A stretch of DNA of 64,000 bases, from assembly GCF_006345805.1 (NCBI RefSeq), contig NC_043003.1:105834001-105898000 (forward strand), given 5' to 3'. Below the pieces are notes generated by a model. That model made no database searches, was not told the DNA's origin, and saw only the letters and a list, made by a program, of their open reading frames with translations. The translations under genes and the position numbers were made by a program. Position 1 is the first letter of the stretch. The number at the start of each line of letters is the position of its first letter. Of this stretch, positions 1-12,107 are shown piece by piece. Source of the stretch: Octopus sinensis. Its lineage: Eukaryota.

Positions 1-1854
1 CCATTGGCGGTCTTTTTTCCTCCTCTCACCATTACGATTCTATAATTTAAATTCCCAATTCAATTTCAACTCCCGTTCGATGTCCGCAGCAAGTTCTTAA
101 AAATTTATCTTACTATTTTATTCGTTGTTACTACGTTTCTTCATACATTGTTACGAAAATTTAACCTTTTAGGCTACTTTCAAGCCTTCGCCATAACTTG
201 ATTTATCTTTCTATCTCTCTCTCTACAAAATTTAACCTTAGGCCAGGCTACCTCAAGCCGTAATCCTATCTCTCCCATCTCTTCCCATCTCTTCCATCTT
301 TCATTCAGCCATTGGCGGTCTTTTTTTCCTCCTCTCACCATTACGATTCTATAATTTAAATTCCCAATTCAATTTCAACTCCCGTTCGATGTCCGCAGCA
401 AGTTCTTAAAATTTATCTTACTATTTTATTCGTTGTTACTACGTTTCTTCATACATTGTTACGAAAATTTAACCTTTTAGGCTACTTTCAAGCCTTCGCC
501 ATAACTTGATTTATCTTTCTATCTCTCTCTCTACAAAATTTAACCTTAGGCCAGGCTACCTCAAGCCGTAATCCTATCTCTTCCCATCTCTCCCATCTCT
601 CTCCATCTTTCCATTTTGCCATTGGCGGTCTTTTTTCCTCCTCTCACCATTACGATTCTATAATTTAAATTCCCAATTCAATTTCAACTCCCGTTCGATG
701 TCCGCAGCAAGTTCTTAAAATTTATCTTACTATTTTATTCGTTGTTACTACGTTTCTTCATACATTGTTACGAAAATTTAACCTTTTAGGCTACTTTCAA
801 GCCTTCGCCATAACTTGATTTATCTTTCTATCTCTCTCTCTACAAAATTTAACCTTAGGCCAGGCTACCTCAAGCCGTAATCCTATCTCTTCCCATCTCT
901 TCCCATCTTTCAGCCATTGGCGGTCTTTTTTCCTCCTCTCACCATTACGATTCTATAATTTAAATTCCCAATTCAATTTCAACTCCCGTTCGATGTCCGC
1001 AGCAAGTTCTTAAAAATTTATCTTACTATTTTATTCGTTGTTACTACGTTTCTTCATACATTGTTACGAAAATTTAACCTTTTAGGCTACTTTCAAGCCT
1101 TCGCCATAACTTGATTTATCTTTCTATCTCTCTCTCTACAAAATTTAACCTTAGGCCAGGCTACCTCAAGCCGTAATCCTATCTCTTCCCATCTCTTCCC
1201 ATCTCTTCCCATCTTTCAGCCATTGGCGGTCTTTTTCCTCCTCTCATCACCATTACGATTCTATAATTTAAATTCCCAATTCAATTTCAACTCCCGTTCG
1301 ATGTCCGCAGCAAGTTCTTAAAAATTTATCTTACTATTTTATTCGTTGTTACTACGTTTCTTCATACATTGTTACGAAAATTTAACCTTTTAGGCTACTT
1401 TCAAGCCTTCGCCATAACTTGATTTATCTTTCTATCTCTCTCTCTACAAAATTTAACCTTAGGCCAGGCTACCTCAAGCCGTAATCCTATCTCTTCCCAT
1501 CTCTCATCTCTCTCCCATCTCTTCCCATCTTTCAGCCATTGGCGGTCTTTTTTCCTCCTCTCACCATTACGATTCTATAATTTAAATTCCCAATTCAATT
1601 TCAACTCCCGTTCGATGTCCGCAGCAAGTTCTTAAAAATTTATCTTACTATTTTATTCGTTGTTACTACTACGTTTCTTCATACATTGTTACGAAAATTT
1701 AACCTTTTAGGCTACTTTCAAGCCTTCGCCATAACTTGATTTATTTTTCTATCTCTCTCTCTACAAAATTTAACCTTAGGCCAGGCTACCTCAAGCCGTA
1801 ATCCTATCTCTTCCATCTCTTCCCATCTCTTCCCATCTTTCAGCCATTGGCGGT
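1..1854. repeat. Tandem satellite, ~306-bp unit, 6 copies visible; runs off the window start
   Basis: Unit start CCATTGGCGGT at 1, 309, 619, 914, 1220, 1536 and 1844 (periods 295-316). Units are near-identical; length varies mainly in an (ATCTCTTCCC)n tract. Confidence 0.97.
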
Positions 1855-2160
1855 GCGCGCCCGCCCCCCCACCCCCACCCCAATACCGATGAACACTGTT
1901 CTCACCCCCACCACCAATACCAGTATACCTGTCCTCACCATCTACACACCGATACGCCTTACTCTCTACACCGGGTACGCCCTACTCCCTCTCTCCTCCC
2001 CCACTACCCCTTCTCCTCATATGCTTTCACTGTGAAAAGACAAGCTGCTAGCGCCATAGCTCTCATCAACTGCCCACCGATCTTATGCTTCCTCCTGACC
2101 TGCACTGCTCATTCCCACTATCCCTTTAGCCCTCCCGCCTCTCGTAATATCCTACGTTTT

Positions 2161-2521
2161 TATTTCTTAGGAACCTACACCAACCCTTCCTCCTGCCATC
2201 GTTCCTCCTTACCCCAACCTTCCCCACTGGTTGCTCCCCTATATTACCCGCCTCAACTGGACCCCCCCCCCTCTCCCCAACTCAACTCTCGAATATCTGT
2301 ATTCTTCCTCTACCTAATAACTTACTCAGTGACGATAACGAATGTCTTTATTTCTTAGGCCTACACCAACCCTTCCTGCCATCGTTCCTCCTTACCCCAA
2401 CCTTCCCCACTGGTTGCCCTCCTATATTAACCCGCCTCAACTGGACCTCCCCCTCCCCAACTCAACTCTAGAATATCTGTATTCTTTCCTCTACCTAATT
2501 ACGTTACTCAGTGATGATAAA
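2161..2521. repeat. Imperfect ~185-bp tandem duplication in a C-rich tract
   Basis: TATTTCTTAGG..CCTACACCAACCCTTCC..TTACTCAGTGA(C/T)GATAA occurs at ~2161-2340 and again at ~2349-2521. Confidence 0.85.
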
Positions 2522-2644
2522 TGCTGTGACTACAAAGACCCGGGCTGCTTTCTGCAGCAATTCCGCATACCCCCTACTCATTCTAAGTACCCCCCGGATC
2601 CCCAAAGTACCCTGGATCCCCAAAGTAACCCCGGACCTCGTTGC

Positions 2645-2912
2645 CCATGTGCCGCTGACACGTTAAAATGCTCGAACCGATCGTGACGATGCCGGACCCT
2701 CCGGCCCTGTGCAGGTGGCACGTAAAAAGCACCCAATCCACTCACGGAGTGGTTGGCGTTAGGAAGGGCATCCAGCCGTAGAAACTCTGCTCTGCCAGAT
2801 TCAGACTGGAGCCTGGTGCGCCCCTGGCTTTCCCAGACCCGGTCAAACCGTCCAACCCGTGCTAGCGCGGAAAGCGACGTTAAAAACGATGATGATATGA
2901 TGATGATGATGA
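2645..2912 (+). mobile_element. 3' end of RTE-clade LINE with (GAT)n tail
   Basis: GGTGGCACGTAAAAAGCACC..GGTTGGCGTTAGGAAGGGCATCCAGCCGTAG..GACGTTAAAAAC(GAT)n; the same tail follows the RT C-terminal ORF at 20985-21970. Confidence 0.85.
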
Positions 2913-5126
2913 TACGACAGGCTTCTTTCAGTTTCCATCTACCAAATCCACTCACAAGGCTTTGATTAGCCTGAAGCTATAGTAGAATACACTTGCCCAA
3001 GGTGCCACGCAGTGGGACTGAACCCGGAACCATGTGGTTTGTAAGCAAGCTACTTTATTTTATCGAATTTGCCATAAAGGCAGTACATAGAGTATGGTAG
3101 CTTGCGGGCTGGATAAGGACAGTAATGAGGTGAATGATGATGATACAAGGATGATAAGGATGGGAGAAGACAAAAAGCACCCGCCGACTTTTGCTTCTCT
3201 AAAACATTGTTTTTTTTTAAAAAAAAAAATACTAACTGAGGTATTAAACCTCTTACACTTTTATGGGCAAAAATGTCCATTACAATTGAAAACGATTACA
3301 TCAATGAGTCTTTAATAAACTTTTTTGCCTTCTGCAGGCATTCCAGCAACCGCAAGTTGGGATCCTTTACACATGATCTATACTCTTCCTTTGAGAAGGA
3401 GTCCATCATGTGATAAAGGTTCCTTTCTTCCAGTACCTGAGCAGGCCACCCTGGAAAACAAGTCGAGTCTATTAGGTCCCGACTATCAAAGGAACTTTCT
3501 ATATAGTTCTCTACAGCCCCTCCCGAGATAGAAGATGACATGTTCTTCAACATTTCCACTGGGAGGGGCCTTCTTCTTCCTCACCTCTGGTGGCTCACGT
3601 TCCACCGAAGTGGTTTCGGAACATGCCGCCGGTGCACCAGCAACCGCCGGCGATGTCCCTTTTTTTCTTTCTTTTCTTTTTTCCCCCCTTTTTCGTGTTG
3701 GAAGAGTGAGGTTCCTCCGGTTTGTCCGTAGATCCCTCCTTCCCTCCCGCCGCCACGGGATCCATTGGTGGGCAACCATTGTTGTCCACCTTCTTTCTTT
3801 TTTTTTCCTTTCGAGGGGGTTACCTCCTCCTCAACTTTTTCTACAACTCCCTCCTTTATATGCTCCGGAAGCTCCGTTGGAGGAAAAACATCCTCCTCTA
3901 TTAATTTTTCCAGTTCCCTTGCATGGCTGTTGGGGCACTTCCTCTTGATGTGACCCGATTCCAGGCACAGGTGACACTTGGGGGGGGGGGGCGTCCCTCA
4001 AGAGTCACCGGATACCTAGAACCGGCCATCTTTAGAAAATCTGGGAAGACCAGATCTTTGGCTGATTGGGTCCATAGGGTCAAAATTGCTTTCGACCCCA
4101 CCCAATCAGCCACAGGAAGCATTCTAACATTCAAGAGCCTGGCTCCGTTGCCACCCAGACCCCGGCAGATAGTATCCTCTATCCACTCAGGCTCCATACC
4201 GCGTGGCAGCCCACTCACTCAGCCTAATGTCAATGTCCTCCTCCGATATGTGGGGAGAAACAAAATTTTTTCATCTTCCAGGGGCTGACTAGCAAACAAA
4301 CTACCCTCTTTAGGGGTGTCAAACAGCAACCACACTGTTGTGAATTTGACACCCCTTGCAATATACTTGATAGTTGGTAGGTATTCTGCCAACTCTTTTT
4401 CAATTTCGTCCTGAGAGAACACAGTGATGGTGTCGAGTGACTTGGAGTATGTCCTCAACACCACCATTCTCTCATTTCGGCCCTCTATCCACTGCTTGGG
4501 GGGCACAATTTCCCACTCCAGCACAGTGTTCTTCTTTGTTGTCATGATTTAAAACCACAAAGAAACAAAAAGAGTTCAACAAAAGTTCAAATGTTCTAAA
4601 TAAAAGTTCAGTAATAAACACAAAAAAAAAGAACGGAAAGACAGAGCAGAAAAAAAGAACGAAGGAAGACAGTTCAATCCATGGCAACACAATTCCGCGA
4701 CTCCGTAATAATACAGGTACTCCAGTCGCAAAAATAGTCCTTCCTGCCTTGGTACTCCTTGGTAATCCAGTGGAAATTCACAAACACAAAGACAATTTTC
4801 GCAAACAAATTAATTTTTTCAGAGGGGCTACGCCTCCTCAAAAACGCAATTCTCACTGCAAAGTGAGTCTTTATGCACGACCACAGGCAGGCAAATGTCT
4901 GGAGCAGAGTGGAGACTGTTGCTCACCAAAAAATATTAAATACAAGGCAACAAACTCCACTAAGCCCTAAAAAAATACAACAAACGCCTACCTGTAGTCA
5001 AGCCTCAAAGTTCAATATTTCACGACAAAAGACGTGACATCAAGCAGCAAGAACTCTCTGCCAAAAAAAGACATCCGTCTACGACAAACTTTAGCAAGCT
5101 ACTTACCACACAGCCACTCCTATGCC
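2913..5126 (-). mobile_element. tRNA-derived SINE (family A), 5' half, split by a 2-kb insertion
   Basis: Family A sequence at 2913-3055 resumes at 5093-5126 (..CTTACCACACAGCCACTCC); AGCAAGCTACTT is duplicated at the break. Confidence 0.85.
3056..5092 (-). mobile_element. Non-LTR retroelement with only a decayed ORF1/gag-like ORF (RRM-like region plus CCHC zinc knuckle); no RT or endonuclease seen
   Basis: 12-bp TSD AGCAAGCTACTT at 3044-3055 and 5093-5104. ORF starts at ATG 4545, has an in-frame TGA at 4221-4219 and a frameshift in a poly-C run at ~3980-3991, then CHLCLESGHIKRKC (CX2CX4HX4C, 3976-3935) and a K/E-rich tail. AATAAA lies at the 3' junction. Confidence 0.8.
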
Positions 5127-5729
5127 TTTATTAACTTTAGATAAATAACTTAGCATTATTTAACTTTGTATCAGTTGTTGGAGTATGTATTTTTATAGTT
5201 GGATAACCTTAATACTGACAACCCAACCATGAAACTTCTTTTCAGCTTGGGTGAATGAAATAAACAGAATAAATGATTTGTTTTTTTTTACAAAGCACAG
5301 GTCTAACTAAGTCAAGAATCCAATAGCTTTTAACATTTTACTATTTAGTCACTGCATACTTTGGTAGAATTAAAAATTAAGATTTTTGTTTTAAGAGTGG
5401 GTATACTACAAAACGAGACGGTTTGGCACAGTTGTTTGGATGCAGATGATTTGACAAAACCGATTGGACATTGAACCTATTTTGGTGACCATACCCTTTA
5501 ACAATGGAAACAAACATACACTTACACAGATATAGACACATACTGATAGAAAGAGCAGGAGGGAGAGAATGAGAGAAACATTAAAATGTCTAATTTCAAA
5601 CAAGTCTGCAGCAAATCAGTAATACCAGGTAAGTGGTGCCAAAACAGCTGATACTTGGGTAAATGTGATCCTGGAACATGTCAAGAGTATGTCCTTACTA
5701 TGCTTTTGGCATTTTGTTTTTTTTGACAG

Positions 5730-5828
5730 GCTGTCTTTAAACAGCACCAGAAGTTGTGTCAGCAGAACTCTTTGGTTCAACAACAGAAGCTGATGACTCT
5801 TCATGAACTTCATGAACAATTCTGTAAG
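5730..5828 (+). CDS. SYCP3: Synaptonemal complex protein 3, third-last coding exon (AVFKQHQKLCQQNSLVQQQKLMTLHELHEQFCK)
   Basis: ttttgacag acceptor, gtaact donor, 99 nt, phase 0/0. Peptide aligns with the SYCP3 coiled coil as recalled for human ([33 protein letters not shown]). Earlier exons were not found in the window. Confidence 0.92.
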
Positions 5829-5881
5829 GTAACTATCGATAGTCTTTTCTTTTGCTTTCAGTTTGATTTTTAAGCATATTT

Positions 5882-6258
5882 ACTCTCTCTTTTACTCTTT
5901 TACTTGTTTCAGTCATCTGACTGCGGCCATGCTGGAGCACCGCATTTAGTCGAGCAAATTGACCCTGGGACTTATTCTATCGGTCTCTTTTTGCCGAACC
6001 GCTAAGTGACGGAGATGTAAGCACACCAGCATCGGTTGTCAAGCAATGCTAGGGGTACAAACACAGACACACAAACATATATATACACATATATACGACA
6101 GGCTTCTTTCAGTTTCCGTCTACCAAATCCACTCACAAGGCATTGGTCGGCCCGGGGCTATAGCAGAAGACACTTGCCCAAGATGCTACGCAGTGGGACT
6201 GAACCCGGAATCATGTGGTTGGTTAGCAAGCTACTTACCACACAGCCACTCCTGCGCC
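5882..6258 (-). mobile_element. tRNA-derived SINE family A, full length (~380-410 bp)
   Basis: Head GGCGCAGGAGTGGCTGTGTGG (A box) and GGTTCAGTCCC (B-box-like), CORE-like CTTGGGCAAG block, internal (TA/TG)n, tail ..GACTGAAACAAGT(AAAAGAGT)n; more than 12 near-identical copies in the window. Confidence 0.93.
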
Positions 6259-6536
6259 TATTTGGCCATTATTTCTGCAAAGAGACTCGTCTGTTGGCTG
6301 ATAGCTTTTCTAATGTTAAACTAGTGTTTGCTTATTAGAATCTAATGTTATTATCCATTTAATAGCAAAATTCAAATATCAATACCTTGTTAGGCAACAT
6401 GAGGCCCAGGGACAGTCTCTGATGGGTTGATATCAAAAGTGTTAAATCCAAGTGCGACCGTGTTATTACATTAGTTTCCACATGGCATTACTGGGTTTCT
6501 ATTGTCACAGACAGAATTATAACAAATTATTTCCAG

Positions 6537-6641
6537 GGGTTGAAAGATTTGGAAAGAAACCACCAAGAACAACAGTCAACAGTACTGTCAGAGTTAAAGA
6601 AAGAAATGGCTTTGTTACAGAAGAGAATATTAATGGATACA
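6537..6641 (+). CDS. SYCP3: SYCP3 penultimate coding exon (GLKDLERNHQEQQSTVLSELKKEMALLQKRILMDT)
   Basis: ttccag acceptor, gtaagt donor, 105 nt, phase 0/0; matches the SYCP3 segment ..KKEMAMLQKKIMMET. Confidence 0.95.
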
Positions 6642-7585
6642 GTAAGTAGACATCTTTCTTATCGTTGACAATATTTTCTGAGAGGGAATAGAGAAACCTG
6701 AACATTTACGAATCTTCTCATCATTGATGTTTGATCTCTTTCCTTACCTGTGCTTGGGTCGCATAAAAAGCACTTTTTATGCGGCCCAGGCACAGGTAAG
6801 GTCCTTAACTGCTCTTTCATAGTGCAGTTGGTATTAAAACTCACAATTGTATGTCTGTCTAGGTCTGAATGTAACTCATAATTTTGGCTCTTTTATATAA
6901 GAATGTGTTTCTAATTGTATAATTTCTGTATAAGTGGGTTGATAGCATAATTTGTGAAGTTTTTTCTTAACAAGACCACAATAGCATGACACGGTCTATA
7001 TTAATGTTTATAACGATGATTAATACTATGTAGTCATTTATCTCATCTATTTACCACTGTTAATTTACATAAGTCAAAATCTGAACTTCTTTAGTTTTTT
7101 CGTGTTGTATTTGCAAAAAAAAAAATCTTTAAATTTCTTATAAATAAATATTAAGATATCTTGTTTACATCATAAGAATTTAGAAACTTTGAGAGATGTG
7201 AAATAATTCATTTTTAACGGTTGAACTCAAAGCTTCTAAGAAAAGAGAAAATATATTTAATATTGATCTGTGGAGACCAATAAGTGTTTTAAGGGCTGGG
7301 GGTTCAATAAAAGGTTACATTCATGAAGATTGATTGTAATTTAAATGTTATAATACTCAACAAATGACAACTACTTGGTGTTGTGGCACAATGTGCCATC
7401 CTTTTTGTTTTTCTAGATATTTTCTAGGCATTATGGTGTAGTTTAAGGAAGATTTGGTTGCTATTAACTCGCAGGTTGATAGACCATGTAAAGGTTTTGT
7501 GTGTGCTGTTTTTATAGAGACAGCCAGCAATACAGGCTTTGACTGGTTAAAAATATATTTTAAATACTTGTGATTTTTTATTTTC

Positions 7586-8010
7586 ATCATCATCATTTAA
7601 TATCCATTGTCCAAGCTGGCATGGGATGGACAGTTTGACTGGGGCTGCCAAGTTGGAAGGCTACACCAGACTCCAGTTTGATTTGGCATGGTTTCTATGG
7701 CTGGATGCCCTTCCTAACGCCAACCGCTCTGAGGGTGTAATGGGTGCTTTTATGTGCCACTGGTATGGGTGCCATTTGAGTGACACCGGTATCTGCCACA
7801 ACTGCGATTTTGCTTGGCTTGATGGGTCTTCTCAAGCATGACATAGTGTCAGAGGTTTTGGTCATTGCCTCTGTGAGGCCCAACATTTGAAAGGAGCTTC
7901 AATGGTCTCAGTCATTGCCTTCCCTGTGGCCCAACACTCGAAAGGAGTTCAGCCACTTTTCCCCCGTGAAGCCCAACGCTCAAAAGGTGCCAGTTATGTG
8001 GCACCAGCAT
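7586..8010 (-). mobile_element. Decayed RTE LINE 3' fragment
   Basis: (CAT)n on + strand, GGCTGGATGCCCTTCCTAACGCCAACC, and LGLTEAMT remnants of the RT C-terminus. Confidence 0.8.
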
Positions 8011-8368
8011 CAATTAATTTCTAAAAAACAAAACAAAATTGTATGAAATTTTTACCATTAAGCAAAACTAGATCAGAAGTACACTTTTAAAAGTAGTATA
8101 GTGAAAATTTTAAAAATCTTAATTGAATGGAAGAAATTTAACAATATCTAACTTCAGAAACTTCAAAGGAGTACTTTCGTCCAATGGTAGAACATCTGTC
8201 ATGTTTATAGAAAATTTGGGTTTGAGTCCCACAGGCAGCTTTTGACTTTTTCCATCCAATATTATTTATAGCTTTATCTACTTTGAGTTGAACCAACAAA
8301 GAATGAATTATAATGATATATAACACTAATGCATTTATTATAATGATATAATTCTTTCTTTCCTGCAG

Positions 8369-8422
8369 CAACAACAAGAAATGGCTAATGTTCGCAAATC
8401 TCTTCAGTCTATGCTGTTTTGA
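8369..8422 (+). CDS. SYCP3: SYCP3 last coding exon (QQQEMANVRKSLQSMLF*)
   Basis: tttcctgcag acceptor, stop TGA 8420-8422. The C-terminus RKSLQSMLF is the conserved SYCP3 end motif. ATTAAA at 8461-8466 is a possible polyA signal. Confidence 0.96.
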   Translation, partial: QQQEMANVRKSLQSMLF

Positions 8423-8965
8423 TGTATTGAGTAAAACAGTGCCTTAAACATTTCAACTTCATTAAATTAACTGTTCATTTCACTTTTGTTAATTATAATC
8501 ATCCTTCTAATATTATATATTTTATTCAATAGAATTAAATATATTGGAGCAATGATTTGAGTGTGTTTATTCTCAGTGTAACTCTGTTGTGAGTGAAGAA
8601 ATATTAGAATGAAAAGGACTTCACACCTTTGAACATTTTATATCATCGCTGTATTCTAGCTTCAACTCACACTTTGGTCAGCTTTAACTTTCATCCCACA
8701 AGGCTCAATGAAACGAACATCAAAAACAGGGAGAAGAGAAAGATGTTCTTCGCTCTCTGGCTGAGTTCTAAAGGTTAAAAGAACAACACTTGTTTGAGCT
8801 GTTGAATGAAAAGACATGAAATTAGTGGCTTGTTTTAGTGGCTAATACAGCTATGTTCTTGACACATGGATCAGTAGTAGATCTGTATAACTACTCAGCT
8901 TAAGACATTCAGTACAATAACTGTATATTGAAACCATTCACAAAGGTTGAAGATATCCACAGTTA

Positions 8966-9785
8966 CTGGGTAATTGGGTAAATTTGACAGTTTGCATAAA
9001 AAGAAACAAAACAATATCCCATGCAAACAAAAAATATCAACTAGATAACAATTTACTCAAAGTAGCTAGCCTCAACTTCCACTATGGCTCCAGAACTTGG
9101 TGTGTGCATTTCTCACAATATCCCTGGGAAGTACTTCAAATACCTCCTTGAACTTGGTCACCATTTTGGCCTTGCTGTTGCAGGCAGAGCAGTGGGTGAC
9201 TCTTTCAATTACACCCACATATAGTAATCCATGGGATTACAAATGGGGGAATTAGGAGGCCAGAAATTGGTGAAGTCATACAAATTCTCTGGCAACTAGT
9301 TTTGACTCTTTCCAGTGGTATGGCAAGGAGCCGAATCCTACTGACACACATCTGACCTTCCAGCAGCTTCACATAGCCATCTGAATTGAGCTAAGATGTA
9401 GGATGACATGGTGTCACCCTCACTGGAGTCACACCCAAGGACCATCTCTCTGCTGGCCTGGGCCTCATAGTCTCCACTGCATCATCCATGTCATGTCTTA
9501 CATTCTTTACAGTGTTCACAGAACATTGAGCAGCAGTCATGATGGTGTTTAGATACCAGGCATAAATCATCGTTATACAGGTAACTCTTTTCCAATATTC
9601 AGATGGCTTCCTATCTTCCTGCTAACTTTTTCTCAACCACAACTAATCTTTGTTCTCCAAAATCTCTGGTTGTTCACTAACAAACACATCAAGCTGTTCC
9701 TATAAAAAAGAAGCATTAAAAATCATCGAATTTAGCCCAAACACCCAGTACATTTTATTTGGGGTGACAGTATTTTTATACCCAG
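8966..9785 (-). mobile_element. Decayed Tc1/mariner-superfamily transposon
   Basis: TA-flanked inverted ends TA|CTGGGTA (8964-8972) and TACCCAG|TA (9779-9787). Minus-strand remnant at ~9215-9365 reads Q*DSAPCHT..FWPPNSPICNPMDYYMW, matching the QQDxAPxH and WPPxSPDxNPxD transposase motifs. Confidence 0.75.
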
Positions 9786-10385
9786 TAATGTATGCATTTT
9801 CTTACCTCGTAGCTAACTAGCTCCCACCAGTTTCACATTTACTTTCAATATCGCAACTTATGTTGATAAAGGACAAAGCAGAGGAGCTTAACCTAAGCCT
9901 AAATATCCAAATATAGTTTAATAACGTGGTCTTATTATCAATACTGATAAGATGAAAATACTTATGAATAGTGGTACTTGTTACATTAGCTCAAGTACAA
10001 GTAAAGAAGGTTACTGTATTTAAATAAGTTATATCAGGCACCACTAAATATCATGAATAGAACAGGCTTTTGTCAGCCTTTTCTCTCCTTAATTGGTATG
10101 TTTAGAGACAACAGAACATTAGATTCATTATTGTCTACTTCTTTATGCATTCATGGTTTGAATGGAGTTTATTGAAGCAGATTTTCTATGGCCAAATACC
10201 CTTCATGTTGCCAACCTGTTTCAAAGTAAGGTAATTCTTTACTCCATGCCAGACATGTTCTCACAGAATACTGGAAATGGATGACACTGCTTGTATCACG
10301 GTGCTTTACAGTGTGCTGGGGATTTACAACTATTGTGCAATGTAAAGACATGGAGACATCAACACATACGTACAATAGGTTTTTT

Positions 10386-10699
10386 GTCATGTTATTTACA
10401 TTTGACGGATATTTGTCCTCATCTTGTTTGTTGTTAACACAACATTTCGGCTGATGTACCCTCCAGCCTTCATCAGGTGTCTTGGGGAAATTTCGAACCT
10501 GGGTTCTCGTTCCTAAGTTATTATTATTATTCAGGTCACTGCCTGGAATGGAACTCGGTATACCATACCAAGACACCTGATGAAGACTGGAGGGTATATT
10601 AGCCGAAATGTTGTGTTAACAACAAACAAGATGAGGACAAATATCCATCAAATGTAAATAACGTAAATAATTCCTCATCTCTTAAATATAGAACTGTAT
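10386..10699. mobile_element. tRNA-head/hammerhead element, copy 1 (two arms in inverted orientation)
   Basis: Inverted arms ~10391-10485 and ~10568-10662, each with CTGATGA..GAAA. B-box remnant near 10545-10558 (-). Ends ..ATAGAACTGTA. TAGGTTTTTT duplicated at 10376-10385 and 10700-10709. Confidence 0.85.
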
Positions 10700-11830
10700 T
10701 AGGTTTTTTTCAGTTTCCATCTATCAAATCATTTGGTCAAGATGCCATGCAACAGGATTGAACCTGAAACCATTGGTTGGGAACTTAACAAGGCCATGCC
10801 TATGATTATGCTTCCAAAACCAGTATGACACCATAACAAGGAAATAACTCCAGAGTGAATTGGTTAAAGCAGAACTCTTTCAAATGAGATCCTTTTGTTG
10901 AATTGTCTGAGATGAACCATATGCAGAATAACTGTGTCTGAAAAAGCAGTAGCATTAGTATGGCCATGTGAGTCAAACGAATAGTTCAGGGTTGCAATTT
11001 ACACTGTTTGCATGAATATTTAGTGACAAGAATGCAAAGAACACAAAAGAGTTCTGAACACTTGTTTTCCATAATAGTTGTGTATAGAATTACTTATTCT
11101 TGCTTAGCTTTTGCTACAAATATTTTCTCTCATTATCATTTAACGCCTGTCTTCCTTGCTGGCATGGGTTGGATGGTTTGACAGGAGCTGACAAGCTGGG
11201 GTGCTGTACCAGGCTCAAGTCATCTGTTTTCACATGGTTTCTACAGCTGGAAGCTCTTCCTAATGCCAACCACTTTACAGTGTGCTGGGGCTTTTTACAT
11301 GGCTCAGTCACAATAGGACAGATGGTGATTTGGCTGAATAATTTGAGTGTTGGACAGAATACCTGGCAGTATTCATCCCAGCTCTCTAAGTTCAGATTTT
11401 ATCAAGGTCAACTTAGAATTTAATCCTTTTGGGGTTGATAAAATATCAGTCGCAAGACAGTGGGTTATCAGGATTATTAGAGCATTGGACAAGATGCTTT
11501 GTGAAACCTGCTCTCTCTCTTTGAGTTCTCAGTTCAAATTCTGCATGGTGCTGATGGTGAAGGTTAATCATCTGATCACAAGAGCACACTTTTCAGTCTA
11601 CAATTGGCCAGCATGGACAGGCAGGCCTACAACCAGCTGAATAGAAACGGGGGACAAACAGATTAAAGTAAGAACAACAAATTCATTACACACCAACATA
11701 TTCATATCTCAACATGTAACTATGACTTTATTTTCCCAGTGGTATACGTCTGTTAGATACTGCTCAGGACACCAGTACACAATTTATGCGTTGATATTTT
11801 CTTAAGATTTGCTTTTTCTTCTTCCTGTGA

Positions 11831-12107
11831 TCATCATCATCATCGTTTAACGTCCGCTTTCCATGCTAGCATGGGTTGGACGGTTCAACTGGGGTCTGGG
11901 AAGCCCGAAGGCTGCACCAGGCCAGTCAGATCTGGCAGTGTTTCTACAGCTGGATGCCCTTCCTAACGCCAACCACTCCGTGAGTGTAGTGGGTGCTTTT
12001 TATGTGCCACCGACACAGGTGCCAGACGAGGCTGGCAGACGGCCACGCTCGGATGGTGTTTTTTTTTTATGTGCCACAGACACAGGTGCCAGACGAGGCT
12101 GGCGAAC
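11831..12107 (-). mobile_element. RTE LINE 3' fragment
   Basis: (CAT)nCGTTTAACGTCCGCTTTCCATGCTAGC..GCCCTTCCTAACGCC plus 3'UTR repeat units. Confidence 0.88.

Noticed and set aside
1-1854. Satellite as a tandem retrozyme array
   Set aside because: The unit length would fit, but I found no CTGANGA core on either strand of the unit, only a GAAACGTA half-motif on the minus strand.
1847-2686. Pro-rich ORFs in the C-rich tract
   Set aside because: Low complexity; the duplicated halves differ by indels that break the frame; no recognisable domain.
3535-4288. Plus-strand ORFs of 137 aa and 121 aa
   Set aside because: Antisense shadows of the minus-strand ORF1-like sequence.
5130-5729. Search for the preceding SYCP3 exon
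   Set aside because: No AG-GT-bounded frame resembling the expected upstream coiled-coil peptide was found; it probably lies before the window.
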